NCBI GenBank assembly: GCA_017621085.1
Contig: JAGATW010000096.1
Coordinates: 7,283 to 71,282, forward strand
Source: Clostridia bacterium
GTDB taxonomy: Bacteria; Bacillota; Clostridia; Oscillospirales; CAG-272
DNA length: 64,000 nucleotides
Direction of reading: 5' to 3'
The position numbers and the translations under genes were made by a program. Below, piece by piece: positions 8,897 through 18,700 of the stretch. Each line of letters begins with the position of its first letter. The first letter of the stretch is position 1. The notes beneath the pieces are model-generated. The model did not search any database, was not told the DNA's origin, and worked only from the letters and a program-made list of their open reading frames with translations.

Positions 8897-8926
8897 AAAA
8901 TTGCAATACTAAAAATTGCAATACTA
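8897..8926. repeat. Perfect tandem duplication, 15 nt x 2 (AAAATTGCAATACTA) in the 5' UTR of LRR paralogue 1
   Basis: 8897-8911 equals 8912-8926. It lies between the -10 box and the RBS. Confidence 0.9.
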
Positions 8927-8944
8927 TTATTCAAGGAGAAAAAG

Positions 8945-10960
8945 ATGAAAAAGAAACTTTTATTAGTAGCTGTTATGATGGCTATTTTAGCTTGTCTTTT
9001 TGTACTCAGCGTAAGTGCAGCCGGCTCTACAACTGACGAGTTTGGTATAGCGGAAACGCTTGATGGTATTCCTGTTGACTTGACAGATACAACATCGAGA
9101 GTTGTTTTAAAGGGTAGTGACGGTTTATTCAGAACCTTCCCATCTTCCTACATCTATTTCAAAACAGGTGCAGGCAACTGGAACTGGCGAGGCGAGGCTA
9201 AATGTACCTTTGAGTATATCAATACAGCTCTTGGCTTAACAGAAGAAAATGCTTACACTATTGACAGTATTATAAGAATTGAGGTTCCTGACGATTTAAA
9301 GTACATCGAGGGCTTTAGTGGAAAAGTAAATCTTAAGGAGGTGTATTTTTCACCAACCTCTGAAATGACAGATATGAGACCAATGGGTAATAAATGTGGT
9401 ATTGAAAAGATTACAATGCCACCAAAGCAAACATCTTATCCCGAGTTTTTGTTCCACACTTGTCCAAATCTTACAACTGTAATTTTTTATGAAAATGAGA
9501 ATTTGACATCACTTCCCAGGGAAATGTTTAAGGCTTGCACATCCTTAGTGGAGTTTACATTCCCAAGTAGCGTAACATCTATGGGTGCAAACTTCTTCTC
9601 CGGCTGTACATCACTTAAAAGAGTAACTCTTTCTCCCGGTATTACAAGCATAGGAAATAGCTTTTCATACTTAAAGAATCTTGAGTATGTAAACACAGAA
9701 AATATTACATCCTTTTCAAACAAGGCTTTCCAAGACTGCGAAAAGCTTGACGGAATTGTAATAAACGAAGCAGTTGCAACTATTCCAAATGACTTTTGTA
9801 AGAATTGCAAATCCTTGACATCTATTGTTATTCCAAGCAACGTTACAGCTATTAAAGGCTACGCCTTTGATGGATGTTACAAGCTTACAAGCGTTACAAA
9901 CTACGCTGAAAATATAACAATCATAGATGGCAATGCCTTTTCCGGCTGCCCAATTACTGAATTTAACTTCCCTGATAATCTAACAAGCATAGGTCAGTAT
10001 GCCTTTAACGGAGCGCAGTTTACAGAAGTTGACCTTCCAAGTACTATAACATCACTTGGTCAGGGCTGCTTCCAAGGTTGTACAAAGCTAACATATGTTC
10101 GTATTCCTGAGCTTGTAGAGCAGGTTCCACACGACTTTTTGAAGGATACACAAGGCTCTCAAATCACTATTGTTGTACCAAAGGGCTGTACATCTATTTA
10201 CTCACAGTATTCACTTGGAAACTCCGGTATTACTAAAATAATCTTCACAGGCTCTATGGATGATGATTTTGTAGCAGATGTTCAAAAGAAGGCAAGTGGC
10301 TGGGTAAGTAAAATTGTTTGCGAAAACCACTGTGACCATTATTATGATGGAGTACACGAGGAGGACAACAACCCTTGCGTAATTAATTGCACTCGTTGTA
10401 ATTCTGTAAACCAACCGGAGAAAAATCCTGAGCATAGCATATCTACAACAATTACATATGTAAGCTTTGCAAAGGATGGCGAAAAAATTACCGGCTGCGT
10501 AAACGAGGGCTGTACACATAAAACAACAGAGACAGCACCGGCACTCTTTACATGCAACGGCTTCTCAGCTTCCCAAACAGGAACAAACGGAATTGTTCTT
10601 GGCTTTAAGGTAAATCAGGAGGCTATTGATGCTTATACAGAGGCAACAGGCAACACAATTAAGTATGGTGTATTTGCCGGCTCACAAGCAAGCCTTGGTA
10701 ATAATGACCTTTCTGACGAGAATTTGAGCGAAAAGGTTATTAAGGCTGAAATTGCAAAAACTGAATTTGCAGTATTTGAAATTAAGATATTAGGCTTTAC
10801 AACTGACGAGCAAATGAACACAATGTTTGTAATTGGTGCTTATGTTGCTGAAACAGATGATGAAGGAACAACCTACTCATACATGCAGTTAGGCACACCG
10901 TCAGAGGGCGAAAGATATTGCTACGATACATACAACAATATTGTATCAGCACTTAACTGA
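8945..10960 (+). CDS. Secreted BspA-type leucine-rich-repeat (LRR_5) surface protein, paralogue 1
   Basis: Sec signal peptide MKKKLLLVAVMMAILACLFVLSVSA-A. Repeats of the form F.GC.SL..V.LP..VTSIG..AF..C..L. C-terminal Cys/His motif (CVNEGCTH) plus a ~170-aa module shared with 11115..12638 and 45822..47864. Confidence 0.85.
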   Translation: MKKKLLLVAVMMAILACLFVLSVSAAGSTTDEFGIAETLDGIPVDLTDTTSRVVLKGSDGLFRTFPSSYIYFKTGAGNWNWRGEAKCTFEYINTALGLTEENAYTIDSIIRIEVPDDLKYIEGFSGKVNLKEVYFSPTSEMTDMRPMGNKCGIEKITMPPKQTSYPEFLFHTCPNLTTVIFYENENLTSLPREMFKACTSLVEFTFPSSVTSMGANFFSGCTSLKRVTLSPGITSIGNSFSYLKNLEYVNTENITSFSNKAFQDCEKLDGIVINEAVATIPNDFCKNCKSLTSIVIPSNVTAIKGYAFDGCYKLTSVTNYAENITIIDGNAFSGCPITEFNFPDNLTSIGQYAFNGAQFTEVDLPSTITSLGQGCFQGCTKLTYVRIPELVEQVPHDFLKDTQGSQITIVVPKGCTSIYSQYSLGNSGITKIIFTGSMDDDFVADVQKKASGWVSKIVCENHCDHYYDGVHEEDNNPCVINCTRCNSVNQPEKNPEHSISTTITYVSFAKDGEKITGCVNEGCTHKTTETAPALFTCNGFSASQTGTNGIVLGFKVNQEAIDAYTEATGNTIKYGVFAGSQASLGNNDLSDENLSEKVIKAEIAKTEFAVFEIKILGFTTDEQMNTMFVIGAYVAETDDEGTTYSYMQLGTPSEGERYCYDTYNNIVSALN

Positions 10961-11004
10961 TAAAATCATTAAGCTACCCACTAATTCGGTGGGTAGCTTT
11001 TTGT
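10463..11004 (+). repeat. Copy 1 of a 542-bp colinear duplication (3' coding end plus terminator)
   Basis: Aligns without indels to 12141-12682 (constant offset 1678). The last ~160 bp differ at only a handful of positions by eye. Confidence 0.9.
10971..11004 (+). terminator. Rho-independent terminator
   Basis: AAGCTACCCAC / GTGGGTAGCTT stem, 7-nt loop, TTTGT tail. Confidence 0.8.
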
Positions 11005-11050
11005 AAAAAACGATGTGCTATGCAAAAAAGTCGCTATATTAAAAAAGCAC

Positions 11051-11079
11051 TTGTATTTTTTGCCATGCCGTGCTATAAT
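11051..11079 (+). promoter_or_regulatory. Sigma-A promoter of LRR paralogue 2
   Basis: TTGTAT (11051-11056), 17 nt, TGC-TATAAT (extended -10, 11074-11079). Confidence 0.6.
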
Positions 11080-11114
11080 GGAAAAGTAAAAAAAATTTTA
11101 AAAGAGGTAACAAA

Positions 11115-12638
11115 ATGAAAAAGAAGCTTTTTCTATTCACATTCATTGTAATGGCACTTGTATGTGTCCTTGCAATCTCTGTTTCTGCTGAAATTGCTTA
11201 CATTAATGCAAACGGTGAGCAGGTAAGTGCAGAAGCAACAGACATAGCGTACGAGCTTGAATTTCGTAATCCATTTGAAACAGGTGGTAACTGTAGATTA
11301 GAGTATATTTATCTTCATGATACAAGCATAACTAAAATTGTAGTTCCTGAAATTGAATTTACAAATTCAAAGGGTGTCGTTTACAAAATGGCAGAATATA
11401 GCTTTGTCAGACTTTCAACAGGCTGGGGAGATACATTATCCGTGTACGCAATAGGCGATAAGGAAACAAAGGCTAATAGCTTACACGCTCAAATCAAGGA
11501 GCTTGAGCTTCACATTCCTGTTCTTGCTGACGGTGCGGGTAGCAAGGGAAACTTAGCAGGCTGGTCAGGACTTGAAAAGCTAAGCTTTTATAAAAGAGCC
11601 TATGAGCCACAAAACAAGGGTGGATTTTTAAACGGATGCACATCAATAAAGGAGCTTCACTTTTATGGTGAAAACAATGAGCTGTCAGGAAACTTCTTCC
11701 CATCTACTATGAATGAGGGTGGTAAGGTAGTATTCTACGAAAATGCATCGGGCATTATCAAAGGCAGCGCAATGCAAGGACTTAACGGAAAAGACGTAAC
11801 AGTATATATGAATACTATTATGCAGCCGCAGGACAAGACCGACCCACGTCTTACTTGGAACAAAAAAGGAAATGCTTTAAAGTTCGTTCTTTTAGTTAAT
11901 GATAAATCCGGCTATACAGAGGAGCAAATTGCATCATACGAAACAATATGGCAAGCAGGCAACAATAAGAGTGAAAACAATGCAAAGTATTCAATGCCTA
12001 TTAATACCTATTGCGAGTTTTATAACAATCACTTGAATTTGAAAGAATTATCATCCTGTACTTCAAAATGTCTTGTATGTAATGAATTCGTAATTCCTGA
12101 AAATGCTACTCATAACATAGAAACAGCAATCAATTACGAAAGCTTTGCAAAGGATGGTCAAATAATTGTCGGCTGTGTAAACGAGGGCTGCACACATAAA
12201 ACAACAGAGACAGCACCGGCACTCTTTACATGCACAGGCTTCTCAGCTTCTCAAACAGGAACAAACGGAATTGTTCTTGGCTTTAAGGTAAATCAAGAAG
12301 CTATCAATGCCTACACAAGTGCAACAGGAAACACAATTAAGTATGGTGTATTTGTAGGCACACAAGCAAGCCTGGGCAACAGTGACCTTTCCGATGAAAG
12401 CTTAAGTGACAAGGTTATTATAGCCGAAATTAAGCAAACTGATTTTAAGGTATTTGACATAAAGATTATGGGCTTTGAAACAGAAGACCAAAAATCGACA
12501 TCTCTTGCAATCGGTGGCTATGTTGCTGAAACAGATGATGAAGGAACAACCTACTCATACATGCAGTTAGGCACACCGTCAGAGGGCGAAAAATATTGTT
12601 ACGATACATACAACAATATCGTATCAGCACTTAACTGA
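11115..12638 (+). CDS. Secreted protein with degenerate LRR-like core, paralogue 2 of the conserved-ends family
   Basis: Signal peptide MKKKLFLFTFIVMALVCVLAISVSA-E. The C-terminal ~180 aa are nearly identical to paralogue 1 (both end ...EGTTYSYMQLGTPSEGE.YCYDTYNNIVSALN). Confidence 0.8.
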   Translation: MKKKLFLFTFIVMALVCVLAISVSAEIAYINANGEQVSAEATDIAYELEFRNPFETGGNCRLEYIYLHDTSITKIVVPEIEFTNSKGVVYKMAEYSFVRLSTGWGDTLSVYAIGDKETKANSLHAQIKELELHIPVLADGAGSKGNLAGWSGLEKLSFYKRAYEPQNKGGFLNGCTSIKELHFYGENNELSGNFFPSTMNEGGKVVFYENASGIIKGSAMQGLNGKDVTVYMNTIMQPQDKTDPRLTWNKKGNALKFVLLVNDKSGYTEEQIASYETIWQAGNNKSENNAKYSMPINTYCEFYNNHLNLKELSSCTSKCLVCNEFVIPENATHNIETAINYESFAKDGQIIVGCVNEGCTHKTTETAPALFTCTGFSASQTGTNGIVLGFKVNQEAINAYTSATGNTIKYGVFVGTQASLGNSDLSDESLSDKVIIAEIKQTDFKVFDIKIMGFETEDQKSTSLAIGGYVAETDDEGTTYSYMQLGTPSEGEKYCYDTYNNIVSALN

Positions 12639-12682
12639 TAAAATCATTAAGCTACCCACTAATTTAGTGGGTAGCTTTTTTA
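12141..12682 (+). repeat. Copy 2 of the 542-bp colinear duplication
   Basis: See 10463-11004. Confidence 0.9.
12649..12682 (+). terminator. Rho-independent terminator (duplicate of 10971-11004)
   Basis: Same AAGCTACCCAC / GTGGGTAGCTT stem, then TTTTTAT tail. Confidence 0.8.
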
Positions 12683-12692
12683 TGCTCGCTTG

Positions 12693-12721
12693 TTGACAAA
12701 GCAAATCAATAATTGTATAAT
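12693..12721 (+). promoter_or_regulatory. Consensus sigma-A promoter of the giant gene
   Basis: TTGACA (12693-12698), 17 nt, TATAAT (12716-12721). Confidence 0.7.
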
Positions 12722-12785
12722 TACTTTATAGAGTTATAATTAAATTATAGTGATTTACTATGTTGTTTAAATGCAAGGAGGCAAT

Positions 12786-15700
12786 ATGGAAAAAATAAAG
12801 AATAATTGGAAGAAAATAGTCATAATAGCCTTAGCTGTGCTACTAATAATCACAGCAACAGTTATAGGCGTTTTGCTTTACGAAAGGGAGCTTAATAACT
12901 ATCGTGATGAAAAGATAGAAGAGCTTATTGAAAAGCAGGGCACTTATGATGAAAAAAGCATTGTCCTTAATAATACAAGCTTTGGCGAGGCGCAAAGACT
13001 TGCAAAAAAGCTTGGTGCAAAGCTAAGAATTACGGAAAATGGTAAATTTGCCACCCTAACTCTTGAGGATGAGCGCAGTATTATTGACATATTCAAGGAT
13101 GAAAACAACATAAAAGAGCTAAAAAGCCTAACCCCTGACTACGAGGCAAGAATAAACGAGGAAGAAAACGATGAAGAAGGCTTAAAAAAAGAGCCATCTG
13201 CCCCCGTTTATCAAGTAAAGGATGCTCTTTATAGCAATCAATCATACCTGAACTATATGAATTTACAGACCATATGGTCTAAAACTAAGGGTAAGGGAAT
13301 GAGCGTTGCTGTAATTGATACAGGTGTTGACACAGACCATCCGGACTTGGTAGGCAAAATAAGCGAATATTCATATAATGCCACCCTTGACAAAATAGTT
13401 AAGGACTATCAAGGGGAAAACGGTGGCTATGATTGGTCATTAATTGAGGACCAAGTAGGACACGGAACGCAGGTAGCGGGTGTTATTGGCGCAAATATGG
13501 ACGCAAACGGTATAACAGGAATCGCCCCCGAGGTGGAAATTGTTGTTATAAAGGCAGAGTGTGCCCAAAACGGAACATTTGTTCGTACATCTGACCTTGT
13601 TTTCGGTATTTATTATGCTATCGAGTGTGATGTTGATGTAATCAATATGTCCTTTGGTACAAAATACAACCTGTTTAGCGACGCTACATACCTTGCATAT
13701 GATAGCGATATTATTTGCGTAGCCTCAGCAGGTAACAACGGTAGCTCTGCTGAAAACTACCCTGCTGCCGACCAATATGTAATAGGTGTTGGCGCATTAG
13801 AGGCAGATGGCTGGGAGCTTGCAGAGTATTCTAACTATGGTATTAATACGGATGTAGTTGCCCCAGGTACAGTTTACACCACAAAAATGGGTGGTGGCTA
13901 TGGCACAATTGAGGGAACATCCTTTTCATCTCCTCTTGTAGCAGGAGCAATATCATTATATTTATCACAAAACAAATACCAAAGCTATGATGAGGTTTAT
14001 GAGCTTTTGTCCGTTTCAAGTATGGACTTAGGCGATTTAGGTAAGGACTGGTATTTCGGATATGGTGCATTGGATGTAAGCGCCCTTATTCTTGAGGAGC
14101 GCGGAACAATTACCTTTGAAATGCTAACCGACGAGCTTGACGATATAGAGGCTACCTTTATTCGCAATCATACAATGCAAGAGCTTCCTATACCGGAAAG
14201 ACTATATTCCTTGTTTGATGGCTGGTATTATGATGATAAATGTACAGAGGAGTATGCTTATTATGAGGATGTATTTACATCTGACCTTACCTTGTATGCA
14301 AAATGGATTAATGAAAGTGACGGAATACCATACACATATGAAATATTGGACGATGGAACAGTTGAGATAACATCCTATACAGGACATAGAAGATATATTA
14401 CCATTCCTGAAAAAATTGAGGGAAGAGTAGTTAGCTCCATAGGTGCAGGTGCATTTTTAAGACAGTCAAATATAAGAGAAATTAATCTTCCATCACAGCT
14501 TAAAACAATTAAAAACAGCGCATTTGAGGGATGTAGCTCATTATTAAATATACAAATTCCCGACACAGTTACATCTATTGGCGAAAGGGCGTTTTATGAT
14601 TGCTTTAAAATTTTAAGCATCGAATTAAGCACAAGCAGTCAGCTATCAACCATAGGTCAATATGCCTTTGCATCCTGTGGCAGAATTGAGTCCTTTGATT
14701 TGCCATCCACAGTTACATATGTAGATGCAACAGCCTTTCTTGGCAACCTAATGCAAACACAAATCAACGTAATGAACGGAAATGAAAGCTTTGTTTCCAA
14801 GGATGGCGTATTATTTAACAGATACGCAACCACGCTTATTGCATATCCTATGGGCAAGAGTGGTGACTACATAATACCTAACTCCGTTACACGCATAGGT
14901 GAGTATGCCTTTGCTTTTAGCCTGCTTGAATTTGTTGACTTAGCAAGGGTAGAAACCATAGGTAGCTATGCATTTAAGGGCTCAGTAATAGAAAGCCTTG
15001 TAATTAAGGACACAGTAACAAGCCTTGGCACAGGCGCATTTTCTATGTGTCCAGCATTATCAGAGGTTTATATCGGCAAGGGCATTAATTCTATTAGCTC
15101 AGGCGCATTTTCAGGCTGCTCATACTTAAGACAAATAACCATTCCTAACAATATTACAAGCATAGGCTATGCTGCATTTGGACAAAGCGGACTTACAGAA
15201 ATCAGCTTTGATAGTGGCTCTGACTTAAGAATGATAGGTATGGAAGCCTTTGCTATGACAAACCTTGTAAAAATAGAAATTCCTTCATCTGTAAATTTGA
15301 TAGACACAAAAGCATTTTATAAGTGCTATTCACTTGAAGAGGTTGCTTTTGACAGTAATTCCACACTTAATTCTATTAATGCCTACGCATTTTCCAAAAC
15401 GGGCTTAAAGGCTATTAATTTTCCATTAAGCCTTGAATATATTGATAGCTTTGCCTTTTCTGAATCAGCCCTTGAGGGTGAAATTTATATTCACGAAAAC
15501 ATAGAAGGAATGGGCGCAGGTGTATTTTCATATTGTAATTTACTCAACGCCATAAGAGTTAGCGAAAATAATAATAGCTATTGCGATATGAACGGTGTCC
15601 TTTACACAAAGGATTTAAGTCAGCTTTTTGCATATCCTTGTGGAAGCAAAACAACATCATATGTAATTAATGAAAGCACAAATAATATAATTCCATATGC

Positions 15701-18700
15701 ATTTGCAGGAGCAGAAAAGCTATATAGTGTAAAAATACCACAACAGCTAAGAGTTATAGGTGAGCTTGCCTTTTATGCTTGTGGCGCAAGGTCATATATT
15801 TTAAATAATGTGCTTGAGGAAATTTCCGCATCCTCCTTTGCAAAAAATGAGAATTTACAATTAATTACAATTCCTAAGAGTGTTAAAACTATTTCAAGAG
15901 GCGCATTTTCTTATAATACAAATATGAGAAGCATAGCTTTTGAAAATGAAGGCAGTCTTGTAAGAATAGGTAATGAAGCATTTTTAAAGTCAGGAATTAC
16001 AGAAATAAAAATTCCATCAACTGTTTCTACCATAGGACAGGGCGCATTTAACGGTTGCGAAAATCTTTATAAGGTAACATTTGAGGAAAATAGTCAGCTA
16101 AATTCAATTTCTGCATATATGTTTGAGGGTGCTTCCTCACTTTGCGAAATTATATTTGAAAAGGGCTCACAATTAAAGAGCTTACAGGCACACGCCCTTG
16201 ACGGAATGTCAAAAATTCAAAGGGTTGATTTGTCAAATACACAATTAACAAATGTTGATAATTTTGCCTTCCGTTTTTGCGAAAGCTTAACCGATTTATC
16301 ATTACCATCAACAGTTAGCTACATAGGTAGATATGCCTTTTACGGTTGCTCATCACTAAGTAGCCTATCCTTGCCAAGCTGTCTTGAATACTTAGGCGCA
16401 TATGCGTTTTTAGGCACAGATGGTATGGTGCTATACTTTATGAGTGAGAATTTCCCACCATACTTACAGGAGGAATGGGACAGAGGAGTTATATCTTATC
16501 ACTTAGGCGTTATTTCCGTTGAAGAAAAGGACGGCTGGAAATATGCTACATTAGTAGATGGTGGTATTTCCATAATTTCCTATACAGGTGAAAACAAGGA
16601 AATAGATATGGAAAAGCTTAACCTTGGTGGCGATATTGTTTCCATAGGTGGACAAGCATTTGAATTTAGTAATGTGGAAACGGTTAAATTACCAAGCACA
16701 CTGACAAGCATACAAAAATATGCCTTTGCAAGCAGTAAGCTTAAGGAGATTACAATTCCTAAGAGTGTTACCTTTATAGGTCAAAACGCATTTTTGGAAA
16801 CGCCTATAAAATCATTAACCTTTGAAACAGGAAGCGAATTAAGAGTAATAGAGCAATATGCCTTTGCATATACAGAAAGCCTTAATAGTGTAAGCTTACC
16901 GTCATCAATTGTAACCTTAGGCACAGGCGTATTTTTAAATAGTGGTATAAAATCCCTTACCTTTGATAAGGAAATAGGAATTGAAAAAATACCGCCACTT
17001 GCCTTTGCAAATACTAAAATAGAAGCTCTTACCTTGCCAAATAGTGTTTCGGTAGTAGATGATAATGCATTCAGAGAAACTAAAGCATTAAAGACCGTTG
17101 ATTTTGGTAATAACGAGTATATTCAATTAATGTCCAACGCCTTTTATCTAAGTGGCATAAGTGAGCTTACAATTCCTAAAAATGTTGGCTACATAGGCGA
17201 ATTTTGCTTTGTTGGTCTTACAAACTTAAAGGAATTTAAGGTAGATAGTGACCATGAATATTATAAAGCTATTGATGGCTTGCTTTACGAAAAGGACGGA
17301 AGAAAGCTTATTTGTGTCCCCTCAGCAAGACAAGGCACACTTACCTTGCCAAAAGAGGTTGAGGAAATAGGCTTTGGCGCATTTGAATATTCAAGCTTAG
17401 AGGGAGTAGAGTTTAATAAGGACTCCAATATACTAACTCTTGGCTATCGTGCCTTCTTCGGTATGGAGAATTTAAAGGAAATCACCGTTCCGAAAACTGT
17501 CGTTTCAATTGACTATTATGCCTTTGCATATTGTACCTCTCTTGAAAAAGTTTTCTTTGAGGAGGGTAGCCGATTAAGTGGCATATATGAGGGCGCATTC
17601 TGTGGTGATGAGCGTCTTTACGATATAACCTTACCAAATGAGGTTTTGGAAATATCCGATTATGTATTCTTTGGTTGCTCATCAATTAAAAAGCTCCCCA
17701 TTAGCAGTGACTCAAAAATAAAGGGCATTTATTCCTATGCCTTTGCATACACGGGCTTAACTGAGCTTAATTTACCAACAACAGTAAATGAAATAGGAAG
17801 CTATGCCTTCCGTGGCTCATCTGTTGAAAGAGTATATATTCCAGATGACAATTATGAGGTATTAACTATTGGCTACGGAGCCTTTGATTCCTGTAATAAT
17901 ATGGTAGAGCTTACAACTCCAATTATAGGAAGCTCTCTATATTACCCGGAATCAACAAGCCTTTCATACATATTTGGCACAGGAAATAATAGCCTAAAGG
18001 TTATGAACATAAGCGATGTTGTAACAGTAATACCTGATTTAGGTATTACCGGCTTTGGTGCTCTTGAAACACTTAATATTCCTGCAAGTGTAACTACATT
18101 AGGATATGGCGCTATAGCTACACCGGCTAAATATGAGCTTTTGTCCCCTGTATATGTTAATTCATATATATTTGATGGTGGAAATGTTGTCGGTAATGTA
18201 GTATTAACAGGTAACAAGCTACAAAGGGTAAGCTTTAACGGTCCTTATGTAGTATCTGTTACCTTGCCTGACACCATTGATGATAGCATTTCCTTTAGGA
18301 ATTGCACAAGCCTTGAAAGTGTTAATATCCCACTTGGCATAACAGCAATTGACAAAAACTGCTTTGAAAATTGCACCGCTCTTAAGAAAATAGAGCTACA
18401 TAGCGGTATTACAAGCTTAGGTGAAAAAGCCTTTTATAAATGCACAGGCTTAGAGGAGGTAACAGGACTTAGCGGTATTACCCAAATGGGTAATGAAGCC
18501 TTTAGCGGTTGTAGCAGCTTAAAGCGTGTTGAAAGCTTAGGCAGAATAAAGGTAGTGCCTGCCTATGCCTTTGCTTATTGCGAGTCCTTAGAAACAGCTC
18601 CTTTGCCAAGCACACTTACACAAATAGGAAGCTACGCCTTTATGCAGTGCTGCTCATTAAATGAGATTAATATACCAAATGGCGTAACTTCAATCGGTAT

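Noticed and set aside
8805-8926. Short exact repeats (also 40574-40616) as a CRISPR array remnant
   Set aside because: There are only two directly abutting copies each, no spacers, units of 15-22 nt, and no cas genes.
10463-12682. The 542-bp repeat pair as a diversity-generating retroelement template/variable repeat pair acting on the LRR proteins
   Set aside because: The mismatches between the copies involve all four bases rather than being adenine-specific. The similarity continues through the stop codon and terminator. There is no reverse transcriptase or accessory gene in the window.
12771-12785. Upstream in-frame ATGs given by the ORF track (12771; similarly 8023, 45750, 61976, 38608, 50415, 61884)
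   Set aside because: None has a Shine-Dalgarno sequence, or they are TTG/GTG codons. In each case a downstream ATG lies a few nt behind a strong AGGAGG-type RBS and gives a canonical N-terminus or signal peptide.
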